NCBI GenBank assembly: GCA_964016885.1
Contig: OZ024744.1
Location: 58,528,001-58,592,000 of the forward strand
Direction: 5' to 3'
From: Eledone cirrhosa
Taxonomy: Eukaryota
Length of the DNA stretch: 64,000 bases
The notes under the pieces are model-generated. The model worked only from the letters and a program-made list of their open reading frames with translations, was not told where the DNA came from and did no database searches. Shown one piece after another: positions 27,182-42,781 of this stretch. The position numbers and the translations under genes were made by a program. Position 1 is the first letter of the stretch; each line of letters begins with the position of its first letter.

Positions 27182-27866
27182 GGGCGGTGAATTGGCAGAA
27201 TCAGTAAAGAGTCGGACAACACGCTTAACGGCAAAGAGTGATTGCCCTTTACGTTCTAAATTCAAATCCTGCCGAGGTTAACCTTTCATCCTTACGAGTT
27301 CGTAAGCTTTCTGTCTGCCTGTCTACTACTTTATCTGCCTGTCTGTCTATTTATCTCTACATACACAGACATACATAGATAAACACACACACATACATAA
27401 ATGGTGCACTTTTAGGCTACGGCCAGCCACACAAAACCTGTAACAAATCCTGAACAAGCAATGCCTGTGCTTTGAAGGTTTTTTAAGTGGGGAAAGGCCT
27501 TGTACTCGACCAATCCCACTCTCTGAGCATCGAAAACACTACCCGAAAAGGAGAACTGGTCAACATCATCGGATGCTTCCGAAGCCGCAGGTTTTTTTGC
27601 CAGAGTTTCCCTCTCCTAGAAAGGTGTTGTAACAACAACTGGGGGCCTTTCACTCCCAGGTGAGAAAAAAAGTTCTATTTGGATGGTCATTGACTTTGCT
27701 GAGTTCCTCTGCCCTTTGCCGGATCTTGTATTTCACCCCGCAGGGTGTCCACATATCACCCTCCTCTTGGTGTGGCTGCCGGTTTAGTCGCCGACGACCC
27801 GACCATGATACATGTTGTACTGGGTTACATGTTACCATTAGCACGCGAGAGCGATCTGACATACAT

Positions 27867-28600
27867 ACAATCCATTAATGGAACAGTAAAAATATGTAAA
27901 ACTTTCCAAAAATTCTGCATCTAATAACCGCATATACACATGTACAGATACAAAGCATATGCACATGCACACATACAACTCAAAACATACACATCCACAC
28001 ATACAACTCAAAACATACACATCCACACATACAATAACATCCATACCTGCACACACAATCATGCATGCAGACATGCAGACATACCTACCTAGTTGATGTG
28101 TAAATTCCGAAGAGAGAGTCTTGTATCTATGTTAGAAACCGACTCTCTCTCTCTACTGGCAAACATTTGTGAAATCATAAAACCAGAAGAAAATGCATAC
28201 AAACATACATGCATACATGTCGCATCATATCTCTCCGACAACATCTACGAACCTCGAAGCGTAGGAGCCCTGTTTCTCGAGCAAGTCTATCTGCATGAAA
28301 CAGATAAAATCATGAGAGTTGGGAAGGAACTACTCGAGAGATATTCCATGTGTGATAATCAAAAACTCACACCCAGGGATGTCGCTCAGCAGTATCGCAG
28401 TGAATCCATGGATGAAAAACTGCATGCTTATCAGCAAAAAATCATGCATGGATATGTTGCCAGGAAGCTCCAGAGTGAGAGTAATATAGATAAGGAAAGT
28501 AGTCTATCTTGGACCAACAACCGCTATATTGGCTCCCACTTTGAAGGATACGCTTTTTCAATCCAGGAACAGGAGATTAACACGAAATACCTCATTCATA
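27867..28600 (+). mobile_element. Two R4/Dong-like family 1 fragments
   Basis: 3' UTR at 27867-28191; internal piece at 28218-28600 ([25 protein letters not shown]) matches 61444-61820. Confidence 0.8.
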
Positions 28601-28900
28601 AAACTTTCCCTACGACAGAAAGCAATGATATACCTCTGTAGTTCCGACAATCATTCCTGTTACCCTTTCCCTTGTACAAGACCACCATTACTGCATCTTT
28701 CCAGTCCTCAGGTACGGATTCGTTAGCCCATATCCTGCCAAACAAAGAGTGAAGATGTTGCAGGAGTCTCTCACCACCATATTGTAGGAGCTCGGCATGT
28801 ATGCCATCCATACCTGGAGACCTTTCACTGTTCAGCTTCGAGATATCCACTGCAACCTCCACAAGCGTCGGAGGTTCTGCGAGAGCTTCTTTCACAGGAC
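28597..28900 (-). pseudogene. RTE-clade LINE RT fragment
   Basis: [42 protein letters not shown]. Confidence 0.85.
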
Positions 28901-29647
28901 TTACATACATACATTGATACATGCATACATATATAGAACAAAGTCACTGTAATTTAGTGGATAAACGTTTGATAATAATTAAAGTAAATATGGAAGAAAA
29001 TTATTGTAATTGATTTAAATGAATGTAAAATGAAATACGGCAATGACCTGGGTGCCATGGGGGAGAGGTCAAGGGTAATCAAGGGTTCAAACATGTTTTA
29101 ATGAAGGAATTATTAAAATAATACTTTTTACTATAAACACCGTCATTCTTTGACGGGTAGTAGGTTAGTATATAAATATATGTGCGCGCGTGTGTATGTG
29201 TGTCCTCTAGATAAATTTATAGAAAGGCACCTCTTTGCTGTTCGGTGAGATTGTCTTTCCCTATGTTTTCAACGCGTATGACCAGCTTACTCGCTAAATT
29301 ATTAATGATTTCTAACATTGACATAAGGCCAACAAATTGCACTGAAGGGGTATAATCGATGAAATTGACTTCAGTATTCGACTGGCTCCAGACGGTATGG
29401 TATGGTATAGTATGGTATGGTATAGTATGGTCCTATTGCTCCTGGTGTAGTCGTAGGGGCGCCGTAATGACACACGGCGTTTCTTGGGCATTTTATGCCT
29501 GGCAGAGCCCATCCCTGAAAAGGTAAAGTCAACCTTCGTGTAGTCTAAATTCAAAATGAAAGCGCGGCAGTAACTAAACGCTGAAAAAAAACTCTGTAAA
29601 AATCTTCCTGTCAGTTTTCCAATAATGGTTCCTTTATTTATTTATTC

Positions 29648-29687
<40 letters not shown>

Positions 29688-29934
29688 TTCAGTTTTCCAA
29701 TAATGATGAAAATGGCGATCATTTACAACGGCACTGCCAACAGTGTTTAGAGTTACAGATAGGGTTAAGGTTAATGTTTCAATTTCAGGTTAGGCAAGCT
29801 TCAATAAAGGACGTCACGGGAAAGCGGAAGTTAAGAGTCAATCTGTCTTTTATGAAGCGGTTTAAATAAGTGAGAAATATGCAGTTCAGCAGGAAAATTC
29901 ATGTCATTAATATTTTATTTTTTTTACATGTCAA

Positions 29935-30047
<113 letters not shown>

Positions 30048-30389
30048 ACGCGTCCGTGCTCGTGTGTGTGTGTGTGTGTGCATGTGTGTGTAAATGTGAA
30101 TGTGTGTATTTATTTATTTAATGTTATATTTTTATATTACATATTTTTTTTTTTTAATTGAAAGACAATGTTGAACGTCGTTGAGATCGTGGGAAAGAAA
30201 CTTAAATCTCGTTACGGGATCAAACTGAACCCAAGAACCTTGCAGGTTTTATTCAAATTATTTTTTTATTTTCTTGTTTTTTTTTTGTTTTTTTTTTTTG
30301 TGTGTTGCTTTTTAACGAAGCGAAAGTATAGAAACGTATATACGCATATGCATAGATGTATATACGTATATGTATAGAGATAGATAGAT

Positions 30390-30462
<73 letters not shown>

Positions 30463-30491
30463 GTGAGGGAGGGAGGGAGGAAGTGATATAT

Positions 30492-30526
<35 letters not shown>

Positions 30527-30847
30527 CACTAACTCACTAACAAACTAACACACGCACACACACTCTCTCCGTCTCTCTCTCTCTTTCACACACACACACA
30601 CACAGATATATATATATTGTTTATTTTGCGGTATTAAAACATTAAAGGGCCCAATATATGTCTTGTTTTAGAAGCGTGTACATACTGATATGTATGTTTG
30701 TCATGTGTAAAGTAAACACGGCTAACATATCCGGTTTACATTAGACACATACATATATATGTATATATACATATATATGTATATATACATATATATATAT
30801 ATACATATATATATACATATATATGTATATATACATATATATATATA

Positions 30848-31192
30848 TGTTGTTATACTTTGGGAGGTCATGTTGCCAATAAGAAACACACGCATCAGTT
30901 GCTTTCACTTCAATTTATTATAATAAATTTATAAATTTAGGAATTTATAAATTTCCGGTTGGTTGGTTCCACAAAGAAAGAAAAGAATCCCTAGTCACTG
31001 AAGAGGTCACAGAATGTGTGATGAAAGAACTTTGACAATATATAAACAACTATCTTATTATAATAAATTGAAGTGAAACAACTGGTGCGTGTGTTTCTTA
31101 TTGGCAACATGACCCTCCCAAAGTATAACAATATCGGTTTCAACACACGATTTCAGATAAAGAATCTTGCTAAACAAATTCAGAAACGAAAT
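30848..31192. mobile_element. Small tail-out inverted insertion of PLE family B pseudo-LTR
   Basis: Minus arm 30848-30973; plus arm 30974-31192 with HHR at 30994-31036; (TA)n flanks. Confidence 0.85.
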
Positions 31193-31193
31193 C

Positions 31194-32543
<1,350 letters not shown>

Positions 32544-32544
32544 G

Positions 32545-32641
<97 letters not shown>

Positions 32642-32790
32642 GTATATTTACATATATATATGTATATTTACATATATATATATATATGTATATTTATATA
32701 TATATATGTATATTTACATATATATATATATATGCAAAGGTTATATTTAATTTGTTGGGATTCAACAGGCTTAAAAATATATGTATATAT

Positions 32791-32877
<87 letters not shown>

Positions 32878-32933
32878 ATAAAAAAAATAATGAATAAAAC
32901 AATGAAACAGTTCCTTATATTAAACAAAAAAAG

Positions 32934-33086
32934 TTCATTATTTAACGATCGTTTCTAGGATATATATGTGTTAGAATTGGCATGCATATTCAACAGATCT
33001 ATGTACAAAATTATACAAAATTATACAAACTATCAAATCTAATATACATACCAACACATACATATGCCGTCTTCAGAAATAATGAA
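32934..33086 (-). ncRNA. Type I hammerhead motif, mirror copy of 41027-41179
   Basis: Same stems and core on the minus strand. Confidence 0.8.
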
Positions 33087-33439
33087 ATATATTTATTGAT
33101 AATAACGACAATTCAAAATTACAGGTCTGTTTGGGAACAGAATTCAAATTGACCAATGAAATACACAAAAATATATCAAGAAAATACAGTTAGGTGTGTG
33201 TATATATGTAAGTAACTTCGTTCACAGATATGCATAAAAATATATGTTCACATGCATACGCATGTCGAAAAAATGTATGTAAATACAAAAATTCAAGGCT
33301 AATGTCTCTGTATGTTTATAATCTACAGATAAAATACACATACGTATATAAACATATATACACATTCATATATACACACACATATACATACATTCACATA
33401 CTCACGCGCATATACACATAAACATACACATACCCACGA

Positions 33440-33527
<88 letters not shown>

Positions 33528-34279
33528 GTATATATTATTATTATAACTACATGGATATTAAGGCACACACACAAAAACACTGCCACATACATTTTTACAT
33601 CTATATGCAGAAGATGGTGAAGGGGGTAAGTAATTACTGTGGGTGTCAGAGAACTGCCTATTTATAAAATGTATCTATAAATTTAGAAATAAAAAGAAAT
33701 AAATTAAAAAAATAAACAAATAAAATATATACTCATACATAAAATACACACCGATATACATATATATATATATATATACATATATATATACATATATACA
33801 TATATACACAGACATATACATACATATACACACGCATACATACATACACATATACATAGAGACACATACACATACATATATAAATACATAGACACACATG
33901 CATACACACACATATATATATACATATATTCTCAACACACATATATATACACATATATGTACACACATATACACACATACATACATATACATATATACAT
34001 ACATACACATATATATACACACATATATACACACATATATACATATATATATACACATACACGCACACACATATACACACACTCACACATATATATACAC
34101 GTATATATACACACACACACACATATCCATGTATGTATATACACATACAACCACACACTCACACAACTCAGACATACATAAATAAAGAGATATACATACA
34201 CACATATACATATATATATATATATAGATATATACATACACATAAATATATATATACACACACACACACACATATACAT

Positions 34280-34352
<73 letters not shown>

Positions 34353-35706
34353 TATATATATATTAAAAAAAAAAATTATAAATAAATAAATACACACAGT
34401 CAGACAATTATGCACACATATATATATATATACATACACACATCTCTACAAATATATATATACACATACACACGCACACATACATATATACATACACACA
34501 TATATATACATAGACATATATATACACACATATATATATACATACATATACATACATATATATATATACATATATATATATACAATCATACACACTTATT
34601 TACATGCGCACATATGTATTTTTATACTCACATACAAACACCCAAACATACATACCTACTTGCATACACATACATACATCCACGCTTACAAATACAAATA
34701 ATTATAGAGGGGGGGGGGAGGGGATTAAAATATTAGTGGGAAATAGTAAATATAGGTTTCAAGGAACATAGAATATTAATCTGCATATAGATCATAATAT
34801 GTGTTTACATAGTAGTTTCAGTATTAGGAAATGTAAGAAAGAATGCACAATTATACATTTTAATATAAGTATACTATTAATTATAGGTTAACTAAATTAA
34901 AAATAGTTAATATATTGATTTCTAAGGTGTATACTACTTAGGTTTATAATATTTGAAGCGGAATTTTGAAGTTAAACAGTAGTAGAGTATTAATTATAGC
35001 ATAACTAAATTAAAAATATTAACATTATGGTATCAATATTAGGAAATGAATTTAGTAATAGGGAAAACCAAATCAAGTATTTCATCGGTAGTAGAATATA
35101 AATTATAAATTATAGGTTAACTAAATTAAAAATTATATATTAATTTCTATAGTATATGTTAATTAGGTTTATAATAATTAAAGCAGATTTTGTATTTTAT
35201 CTATAGTAGAATATAATTATAGGTTAACAAAAATTAAAATTAATATATATATATATATATATATATTTAATTGTAAAGAATATATTAATTAGGTATATAT
35301 TTAAAAATTTATCTCGGTTTATGATTACATGATATTCTGCAATCTATCTGTATTAGAATTTTAATTTTAAGCTAATTAAATTAAAATTATAGGTTAACTA
35401 AATTAAAATTAATTTATAAATAAATTTCTAAATTGTACATTAATTAGGTTTATGATATTAAAAAATATCTCTCTGTTATTGATTACACGATATTTTGTTA
35501 TATTTCATCTGTAAAGGAATTTTAATAAAAGGTTAAATAAACTAAAATTAATCTATAAATTAATTTACAAAGTACATATTAATTATGTTAATAATATTTA
35601 AAAGTTTTTCACAATTTATGATTACTCAATATTTTTTAATCTCATCTGTAGTAGAATTTAATTAAATTAAATTTATAGGTTAACTACATTTAAATTAAAT
35701 TATATA

Positions 35707-36351
35707 TTAATTTCTAAAATATATATTATTAATTAGGTTTATAATATTTAAATGTTTTTTCAGTTTATGATTACACGATATAATTAATTCCTGTCGCTTA
35801 TTTAATAGGATATCCTTAGATTTCATTATTTCAAATAGTTCTTGGGAACATAATCTACATTCATTTCTATTATTTTGATAAGGGGTGGCTCTTTTGAGCA
35901 CACTCCAGGTCATATCATATTCTATATTCTTATTTCTATAACTATTAATTTTTTCTGCTAGAGATGCTGTATTAGCCAGTGCGGCATTTTTAAAACTATG
36001 TTTGTGGGTATTAAACCTTACCTTAAAATTGTTAGAAGTAGCTCCTATATATGAGCAAATAGAATCTTTAGTTTTAACTTTACATTTATAAACTATGTTG
36101 TTAACAAGACAATTTCCTTTTAATGGGCTGTTTGCTTTGTTTCTACAGTTACAACCTTTCGTTAATTCTGTATTTGAGGAGATATTATGGTTAGTTTGAT
36201 GTATTGGTGGTATACTTATGGTATTTTTACATTTATATGCATTATAGGCACTTATATTTTGTTTTATGTTTTTGGTTGTTGAGTATGAGAATTTAACTGT
36301 TGACCTATTTAAGATTTGATGGTATTTGTGGTTTGGCGGGAAGTTTTTCTC
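35707..36351 (-). pseudogene. Inverted duplicate of the PLE linker and GIY-YIG domain
   Basis: Identical to the end of the plus-strand ORF except C>S, T>A and a 1-nt indel that changes the C-terminus. Confidence 0.9.
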
Positions 36352-38166
36352 AAAAAAAATTTGGATAGAGTCATCCCACAAATAAGAAAACATGTTAATT
36401 TACCACTCTGGGAAAACACTTCCCAGGTAATTAACTGGTTTAAAAATATTAAATGTAAATCTTCTGCTTCATTTCTACAATTTGATATAGATAATTACTA
36501 TTCTTCTATATCACCTATACTCCTGAACAAAGCTTTGATTTTTGCTAAAAATAGATCTAACTTAACTTTGGATGACATTAATATTATTACACATGCTAGA
36601 CTAACACTTATTGAATTTCAGAATGAATACTGGACCAGAAACACATATAGTAATCTATTTGATATTACTATGGGTTCAAGCGATTCTGCCCAAATTACTG
36701 ATCTTGTGGGCCTCTTTCTTCTTTTCAACATAAATGCTTCCTTTCCCCACCTTAAAGGTGGTTTATATCGTGATGACTGTCTTCTTCTTTCCAACAACCT
36801 TAACCTCTCAGAAATAGAAAAAAACAAAAAGCTTATTAGAACCTTCCTTAAAGACTATTATAGTCTTCATATTACTTTTGAAAACACAAGTAAAGTAGTT
36901 AATTTCCTAGATATAACTTTAGACTTAGCTACGGGTATCTACCAACCTTACCATAAACCCAACCAAAACTTACACTACATACACTCACAATCTAATCACC
37001 CTAAATCTATCCTTAAAAACCTTGCATATAATATATCACTTAGAATTTCTAACCTTTCGTCTAACCAAGATGTATTTGATAAAAATGCGACCTTCTATAA
37101 CGAAGCTCTAGATAGAAGTGGCCACAAAAATAGATTAGAATATATACCTTCTACTAAAAATACTATAAACATACAACCTAATATTACCAACAAACACCAA
37201 ATGAAAAGTACACACCCAAATGCCACCCACACTATACCCCAAAATACCAACAACTCCTCTAATATAAAGTATAGTAACTCTCAAAAAACTACTCATCATA
37301 CAACTCTAATAAATGTTAATAATAAAACTCTTAATAAACAAGATAAAACACCTAAATCAATAAATCTAACTAAAAATGTGCGTGGTGAGGTCATTAACAT
37401 TAATCCTCCTAGTAAACATCACGATACAACCTATAAAAATAATAAACAACATAGAAACCGTAATAGACGAGTTACTTGGTATAATGCTCCATTTAATTTA
37501 CAAATTAAGGATAATATTGCTAAAAAATTTTTTTATATCCTAGAGAAAAACTTCCCGCCAAACCACAAATACCATCAAATCTTAAATAGGTCAACAGTTA
37601 AATTCTCATACTCAACAACCAAAAACATAAAACAAAATATAAGTGCCTATAATGCATATAAATGTAAAAATACCATAAGTATACCACCAATACATCAAAC
37701 TAACCATAATATCTCCTCAAATACAGAATTAACGAAAGGTTGTAACTGTAGAAACAAAGCAAACTGCCCATTAAAAGGAAATTGTCTTGTTAACAACATA
37801 GTTTATAAATGTAAAGTTAAAACTAAAGATTCTATTTGCTCATATATAGGAGCTACTTCTAACAATTTTAAGGTAAGGTTTAATACCCACAAACATAGTT
37901 TTAAAAATGCCGCACTGGCTAATACAACATCTCTAGCAGAAAAAATTAATAGTTATAGAAATAAGAATATAGAATATGATATGACCTGGAGTGTGCTCAA
38001 AAGAGCCACCCCTTATCAAAATAATAGAAATGAATGTAGATTATGTTCCCAAGAACTATTTGAAATAATGAAATCTAAGGATATCCTATTAAATAAGCGA
38101 CAGGAATTAATTATATCGTGTAATCATAAACTGAAAAAAACATTTAAATATTATAAACCTAATTAA
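36352..38166 (+). CDS. 5'-truncated but open PLE ORF: RT plus CxCx5C linker plus GIY-YIG (Hydra-clade-like)
   Basis: QFDIDNYYSSI, MGSSDSAQITDL, LYRDD, VNFLDITL, CNCRNKANC, IVYKC..YIGAT..FKVRFNTH, CRLC, LLNKRQE..CNH. No CCHH motif. The ORF-track start at 36316 comes from the inverted arm. Clade assignment is from recalled motif descriptions. Confidence 0.9.
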   Translation, partial: KKNLDRVIPQIRKHVNLPLWENTSQVINWFKNIKCKSSASFLQFDIDNYYSSISPILLNKALIFAKNRSNLTLDDINIITHARLTLIEFQNEYWTRNTYSNLFDITMGSSDSAQITDLVGLFLLFNINASFPHLKGGLYRDDCLLLSNNLNLSEIEKNKKLIRTFLKDYYSLHITFENTSKVVNFLDITLDLATGIYQPYHKPNQNLHYIHSQSNHPKSILKNLAYNISLRISNLSSNQDVFDKNATFYNEALDRSGHKNRLEYIPSTKNTINIQPNITNKHQMKSTHPNATHTIPQNTNNSSNIKYSNSQKTTHHTTLINVNNKTLNKQDKTPKSINLTKNVRGEVININPPSKHHDTTYKNNKQHRNRNRRVTWYNAPFNLQIKDNIAKKFFYILEKNFPPNHKYHQILNRSTVKFSYSTTKNIKQNISAYNAYKCKNTISIPPIHQTNHNISSNTELTKGCNCRNKANCPLKGNCLVNNIVYKCKVKTKDSICSYIGATSNNFKVRFNTHKHSFKNAALANTTSLAEKINSYRNKNIEYDMTWSVLKRATPYQNNRNECRLCSQELFEIMKSKDILLNKRQELIISCNHKLKKTFKYYKPN

Positions 38167-38625
38167 TAATATATATTTTAGAAATTAATATATAATTTAA
38201 TTTAAATGTAGTTAACCTATAAATTTAATTTAATTAAATTCTACTACAGATGAGATTAAAAAATATTGAGTAATCATAAATTGTGAAAAACTTTTAAATA
38301 TTATTAACATAATTAATATGTACTTTGTAAATTAATTTATAGATTAATTTTAGTTTATTTAACCTTTTATTAAAATTCCTTTACAGATGAAATATAACAA
38401 AATATCGTGTAATCAATAACAGAGAGATATTTTTTAATATTATAAACCTAATTAATGTACAATTTAGAAATTTATTTATAAATTAATTTTAATTCAGTTA
38501 ACCTATAATTTTAATTTAATTAGCTTAAAATTAAAATTCTAATACAGATAGATTGCAGAATATCATGTAATCATAAACCGAGATAAATTTTTAAATATAT
38601 ACCTAATTAATATATTCTTTACAAT

Positions 38626-38659
<34 letters not shown>

Positions 38660-39550
38660 TTTTAATTTTTGTTAACCTATAATTATATTCTACTATAGAT
38701 AAAATACAAAATCTGCTTTAATTATTATAAACCTAATTAACATATACTATAGAAATTAATATATAATTTTTAATTTAGTTAACCTATAATTTATCATTTA
38801 TATTCTACTACCGATGAAATACTTGATTTGGTTTTCCCTATTACTAAATTCATTTCCTAATATTGATACCATAATGTTAATATTTTTAATTTAGTTATGC
38901 TATAATTAATACTCTACTACTGTTTAACTTCAAAATTCCGCTTCAAATATTATAAACCTAAGTAGTATACACCTTAGAAATCAATATATTAACTATTTTT
39001 AATTTAGTTAACCTATAATTAATAGTATACTTATATTAAAATGCATAATTTTGCATTCTTTCTTACATTTCCTAATACTGAAACTACTATGTAAACACAT
39101 ATTATGATCTATATGCAGATTAATATTCTATGTTCCTTGAAACCTATATTTACTATTTCCCACTAATATTTTAATCCCCCCCCCCCTCTATAATTATTTG
39201 TATTTGTAAGCGTGGATGTATGTATATGTATGCAAGTAGGTATGTATGTTTGGGTGTTTGTATGTGAGTATAAAAATACATATGTGCGCATGTAAATAAG
39301 TGTGTATGATTGTATATATGTATATATATATATGTATGTATATGTATGTATATGTATGTATATATATATGTGTGTATATATATGTCTATGTATATATATG
39401 TGTGTATGTATATATGTATGTGTGCGTGTGTATGTGTATATATATATTTGTAGAGATGTGTGTATGTATATATATGTATATGTGTGTGCATAATTGTCTG
39501 ACTGTGTGTATTTATTTATTTATTAATTTTTTTTTTTTAATATATATATA

Positions 39551-39607
<57 letters not shown>

Positions 39608-39609
<2 letters not shown>

Positions 39610-39893
39610 GATATTAAATAAATGGAAACTATATTTATAAAACCATATTTATTTCATTATATATATTTCAGGGATATCATATTAAAAATATGTTATGCCT
39701 TCTTCAGACAAAATACAATATAAACAGTCTTATATGATATCCCTGAAATATATATAATGAAATAAATATGGTTTTATAAATATAGTTTCCATTTATTTAA
39801 TATCGTAAATATACTCCAAATACTTGTTGAGTGCTTTTATATCAGTTATAAATATTTACTCGTTGTAACCCAACAATTTAAATAAAACTTTGC
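39608..39893. mobile_element. HHR family C inverted insertion nested in the right arm only
   Basis: Minus arm with intact HHR at 39650-39715 (CTGAAGA..GAAA-TATATA-TA); plus arm from ~39732. Absent from the matching (TA)n at ~34300-34360. Confidence 0.85.
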
Positions 39894-40575
39894 ATATATA
39901 TATATATATATATATGTATATGTGTGTATGTATATCTCTTTATTTATGTATGTCTGAGTTGTGTGAGTGTGTGGTTGTATGTGTATATACATACATGGAT
40001 ATGTGTGTGTGTGTATATATACGTGTATATATATGTGTGAGTGTGTGTATATGTGTGTGCGTGTATGTGTATATATATATGTATATATGTGTGTATATAT
40101 GTGTGTATATATATGTGTATGTATGTATATATGTATATGTATGTATGTGTGTATATGTGTGTACATATATGTGTATATATATGTGTGTTGAGAATATATG
40201 TATATATATATGTGTGTGTATGCATGTGTGTCTATGTATTTATATATGTATGTGTATGTGTCTCTATGTATATGTGTATGTATGTATGCGTGTGTATATG
40301 TATGTATATGTATGTGTATATATGTATATATGTATATATATATGTATATCGGTGTGTATTTTATGTATGAGTATATATTTTATTTGTTTATTTTTTTAAT
40401 TTATTTCTTTTTATTTCTAAATTTATAGATACATTTTATAAATAGGCAGTTCTCTGACACCCACAGTAATTACTGACCCCCTTCACCATCTTCTGCATAT
40501 AGATGTAAAAATGTATGTGGCAGTGTTTTTGTGTGTGTGCCTTAATATCCATGTAGTTATAATAATAATATATAC

Positions 40576-40673
<98 letters not shown>

Positions 40674-41026
40674 TCGCGGGTATGTGTATGTTTATGTGTA
40701 TATGCGCGTGAGTATGTGAATGTATGTATATGTGTGTGTATATATGAATGTGTATATATGTTTATATACGTATGTGTATTTTATCTGTAGATTATAAACA
40801 TACAGAGACATTAGCCCTGAATTTTTGTATTTACATACATTTTTTCGACATGCGTATGCATGTGAACATATATTTTTATGCATATCTGTGAATGAAGTTA
40901 CTTACATATATACACACACCTAACTGTATTTTCTTGATATATTTTTGTGTATTTCATTGGTCAATTTGAACTCTGTTCCCAAACAGACCTGTAATTTTGA
41001 ATTGTTGTTATTATCAATAAATATAT

Positions 41027-41179
41027 TTCATTATTTCTGAAGACGGCATATGTATGTGTTGGTATGTATATTAGATTTGATAGTTTGTATAATTTTGTAT
41101 AATTTTGTACATAGATCTGTTGAATATGCATGCCAATTCTAACACATATATGTCCTAGAAACGATCGTTAAATAATGAA
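41027..41179 (+). ncRNA. Type I hammerhead motif with ~114-nt stem II domain
   Basis: TTCATTATTT-CTGAAGA-[41044-41157]-GAAA-CGATCG-TT-AAATAATGAA. Perfect 10-bp stem I; palindrome AACGATCGTT. Confidence 0.85.
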
Positions 41180-41373
41180 CTTTCTTTGTTTAATATAAGG
41201 AACTGTTTCATTGTTTTATTCATTATTTTTTTAATACTTTATCTTGACTCTGTATTCCGTTTATCTTTCACCGAAAGTGATTTTTGAATGCATCTCTTCT
41301 TTCCATGATATCCGGATTACATTGAGTTCTTCATACGGATTGGACACTACCGTAAACTCTTGGTAGATTTATC

Positions 41374-41437
<64 letters not shown>

Positions 41438-41562
41438 CGTATATATATATATATATACATATATTTACATATATATATATGTATGTATATATATATATAT
41501 GTGTGTGTATATATACATATATTTTTAAGCCTGTTGAATTCCAACAAATTAAATATAACCTT

Positions 41563-41638
<76 letters not shown>

Positions 41639-41656
41639 TACATATATATATATATG

Positions 41657-41696
<40 letters not shown>

Positions 41697-41710
41697 CATA
41701 CATATATATA

Positions 41711-41808
<98 letters not shown>

Positions 41809-41836
41809 AAGGTTATATTTAATTTGTTATATATAT

Positions 41837-42350
41837 AGGTTTCTTGGTGAGGAGGGTGACTTTGGACATTCTGCAGGACTAAAAACAAAACCTGTCAAAG
41901 GGCAAGGGAGCTCTTAAGACTCAATAGCCATCCAAAATCACCGGGAGAGATGAACCCTTAGCCTTTGTCAAGGCAGAATTCTAGGAGAAGGAAAACTCTG
42001 ATATAACACCTGCAACCCTGATGGTATCCAATGATGTTGACTTGTTCTTCTTTTTGGTAAATATCATCTTGGTTAAGAGAGTGGGACTGGCTTTGTGCAG
42101 TGCCTTTGCTCACTATAAAAGCTTCACAGCACAGGCATTGCTTTATATCTGGAGATCTCTCTGCACTTGTCATCACATGGTACCATGGGCCCTGCACTAT
42201 GTGTCAATAATGGTCACAGTGTAGTCTTTGTACCAGAGTTTTCAAGTCGCTCGCTGGACTAAAAAGTCACATTCGTTCAGCGCATCGGTAGGGGTTCTCC
42301 TACATGGATATAAAGTAGTGGCCGTACTCGAAAACGAGTTGGCAGCCACC
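41837..42350 (+). mobile_element. 5'-truncated copy of the ~590-bp non-autonomous repeat
   Basis: Reverse complement of 755-1255. Confidence 0.85.
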
Positions 42351-42448
42351 ATATATATATATATATATATATCGAAGGAGTTGTTGTAAGGAACCAGATG
42401 GACCATAACGCACCAGAGTACTCAATACTTAGGGTAGTAGAGTGGGTA

Positions 42449-42535
42449 ATAGGAAAAAGTATGACCCCGACGGCAGAGCTCAAGCCGTTTCGTCGAAACG
42501 GCTTGAGCTCTGAGTCGGGATCATACTTTTTCCTA
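42449..42535. repeat. ~87-bp hairpin centred on tttcg-t-cgaaa
   Basis: Arms taggaaaaagtatga..gagctcaagccgtttcg / cgaaacggcttgagctc..tcatactttttccta. The left arm continues as a tail to ~42372. Confidence 0.85.
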
Positions 42536-42605
42536 TATATAGATATATATATAGATATAAATGAAAGGTATAGAAAACATTGTAGCAAAAAGCCACCAGT
42601 ATTCC

Positions 42606-42691
<86 letters not shown>

Positions 42692-42733
42692 TATATGTAT
42701 ATATATATATATATGTATGCATATATATATATT

Positions 42734-42772
<39 letters not shown>

Positions 42773-42781
42773 AAGTATATA

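Larger units (their letters stand above)
32510..41720. mobile_element. ~9.2-kb inverted-repeat structure built on a Hydra-like PLE
   Basis: Left arm ~32510-36351 is the reverse complement of right arm 37543-~41720. The unique spacer 36352-37542 holds the RT core. Confidence 0.92.

Noticed and set aside
36316-36351. Met start of the 616-aa ORF
   Set aside because: It lies in the inverted arm; the real ORF is 5'-truncated at the inversion junction.
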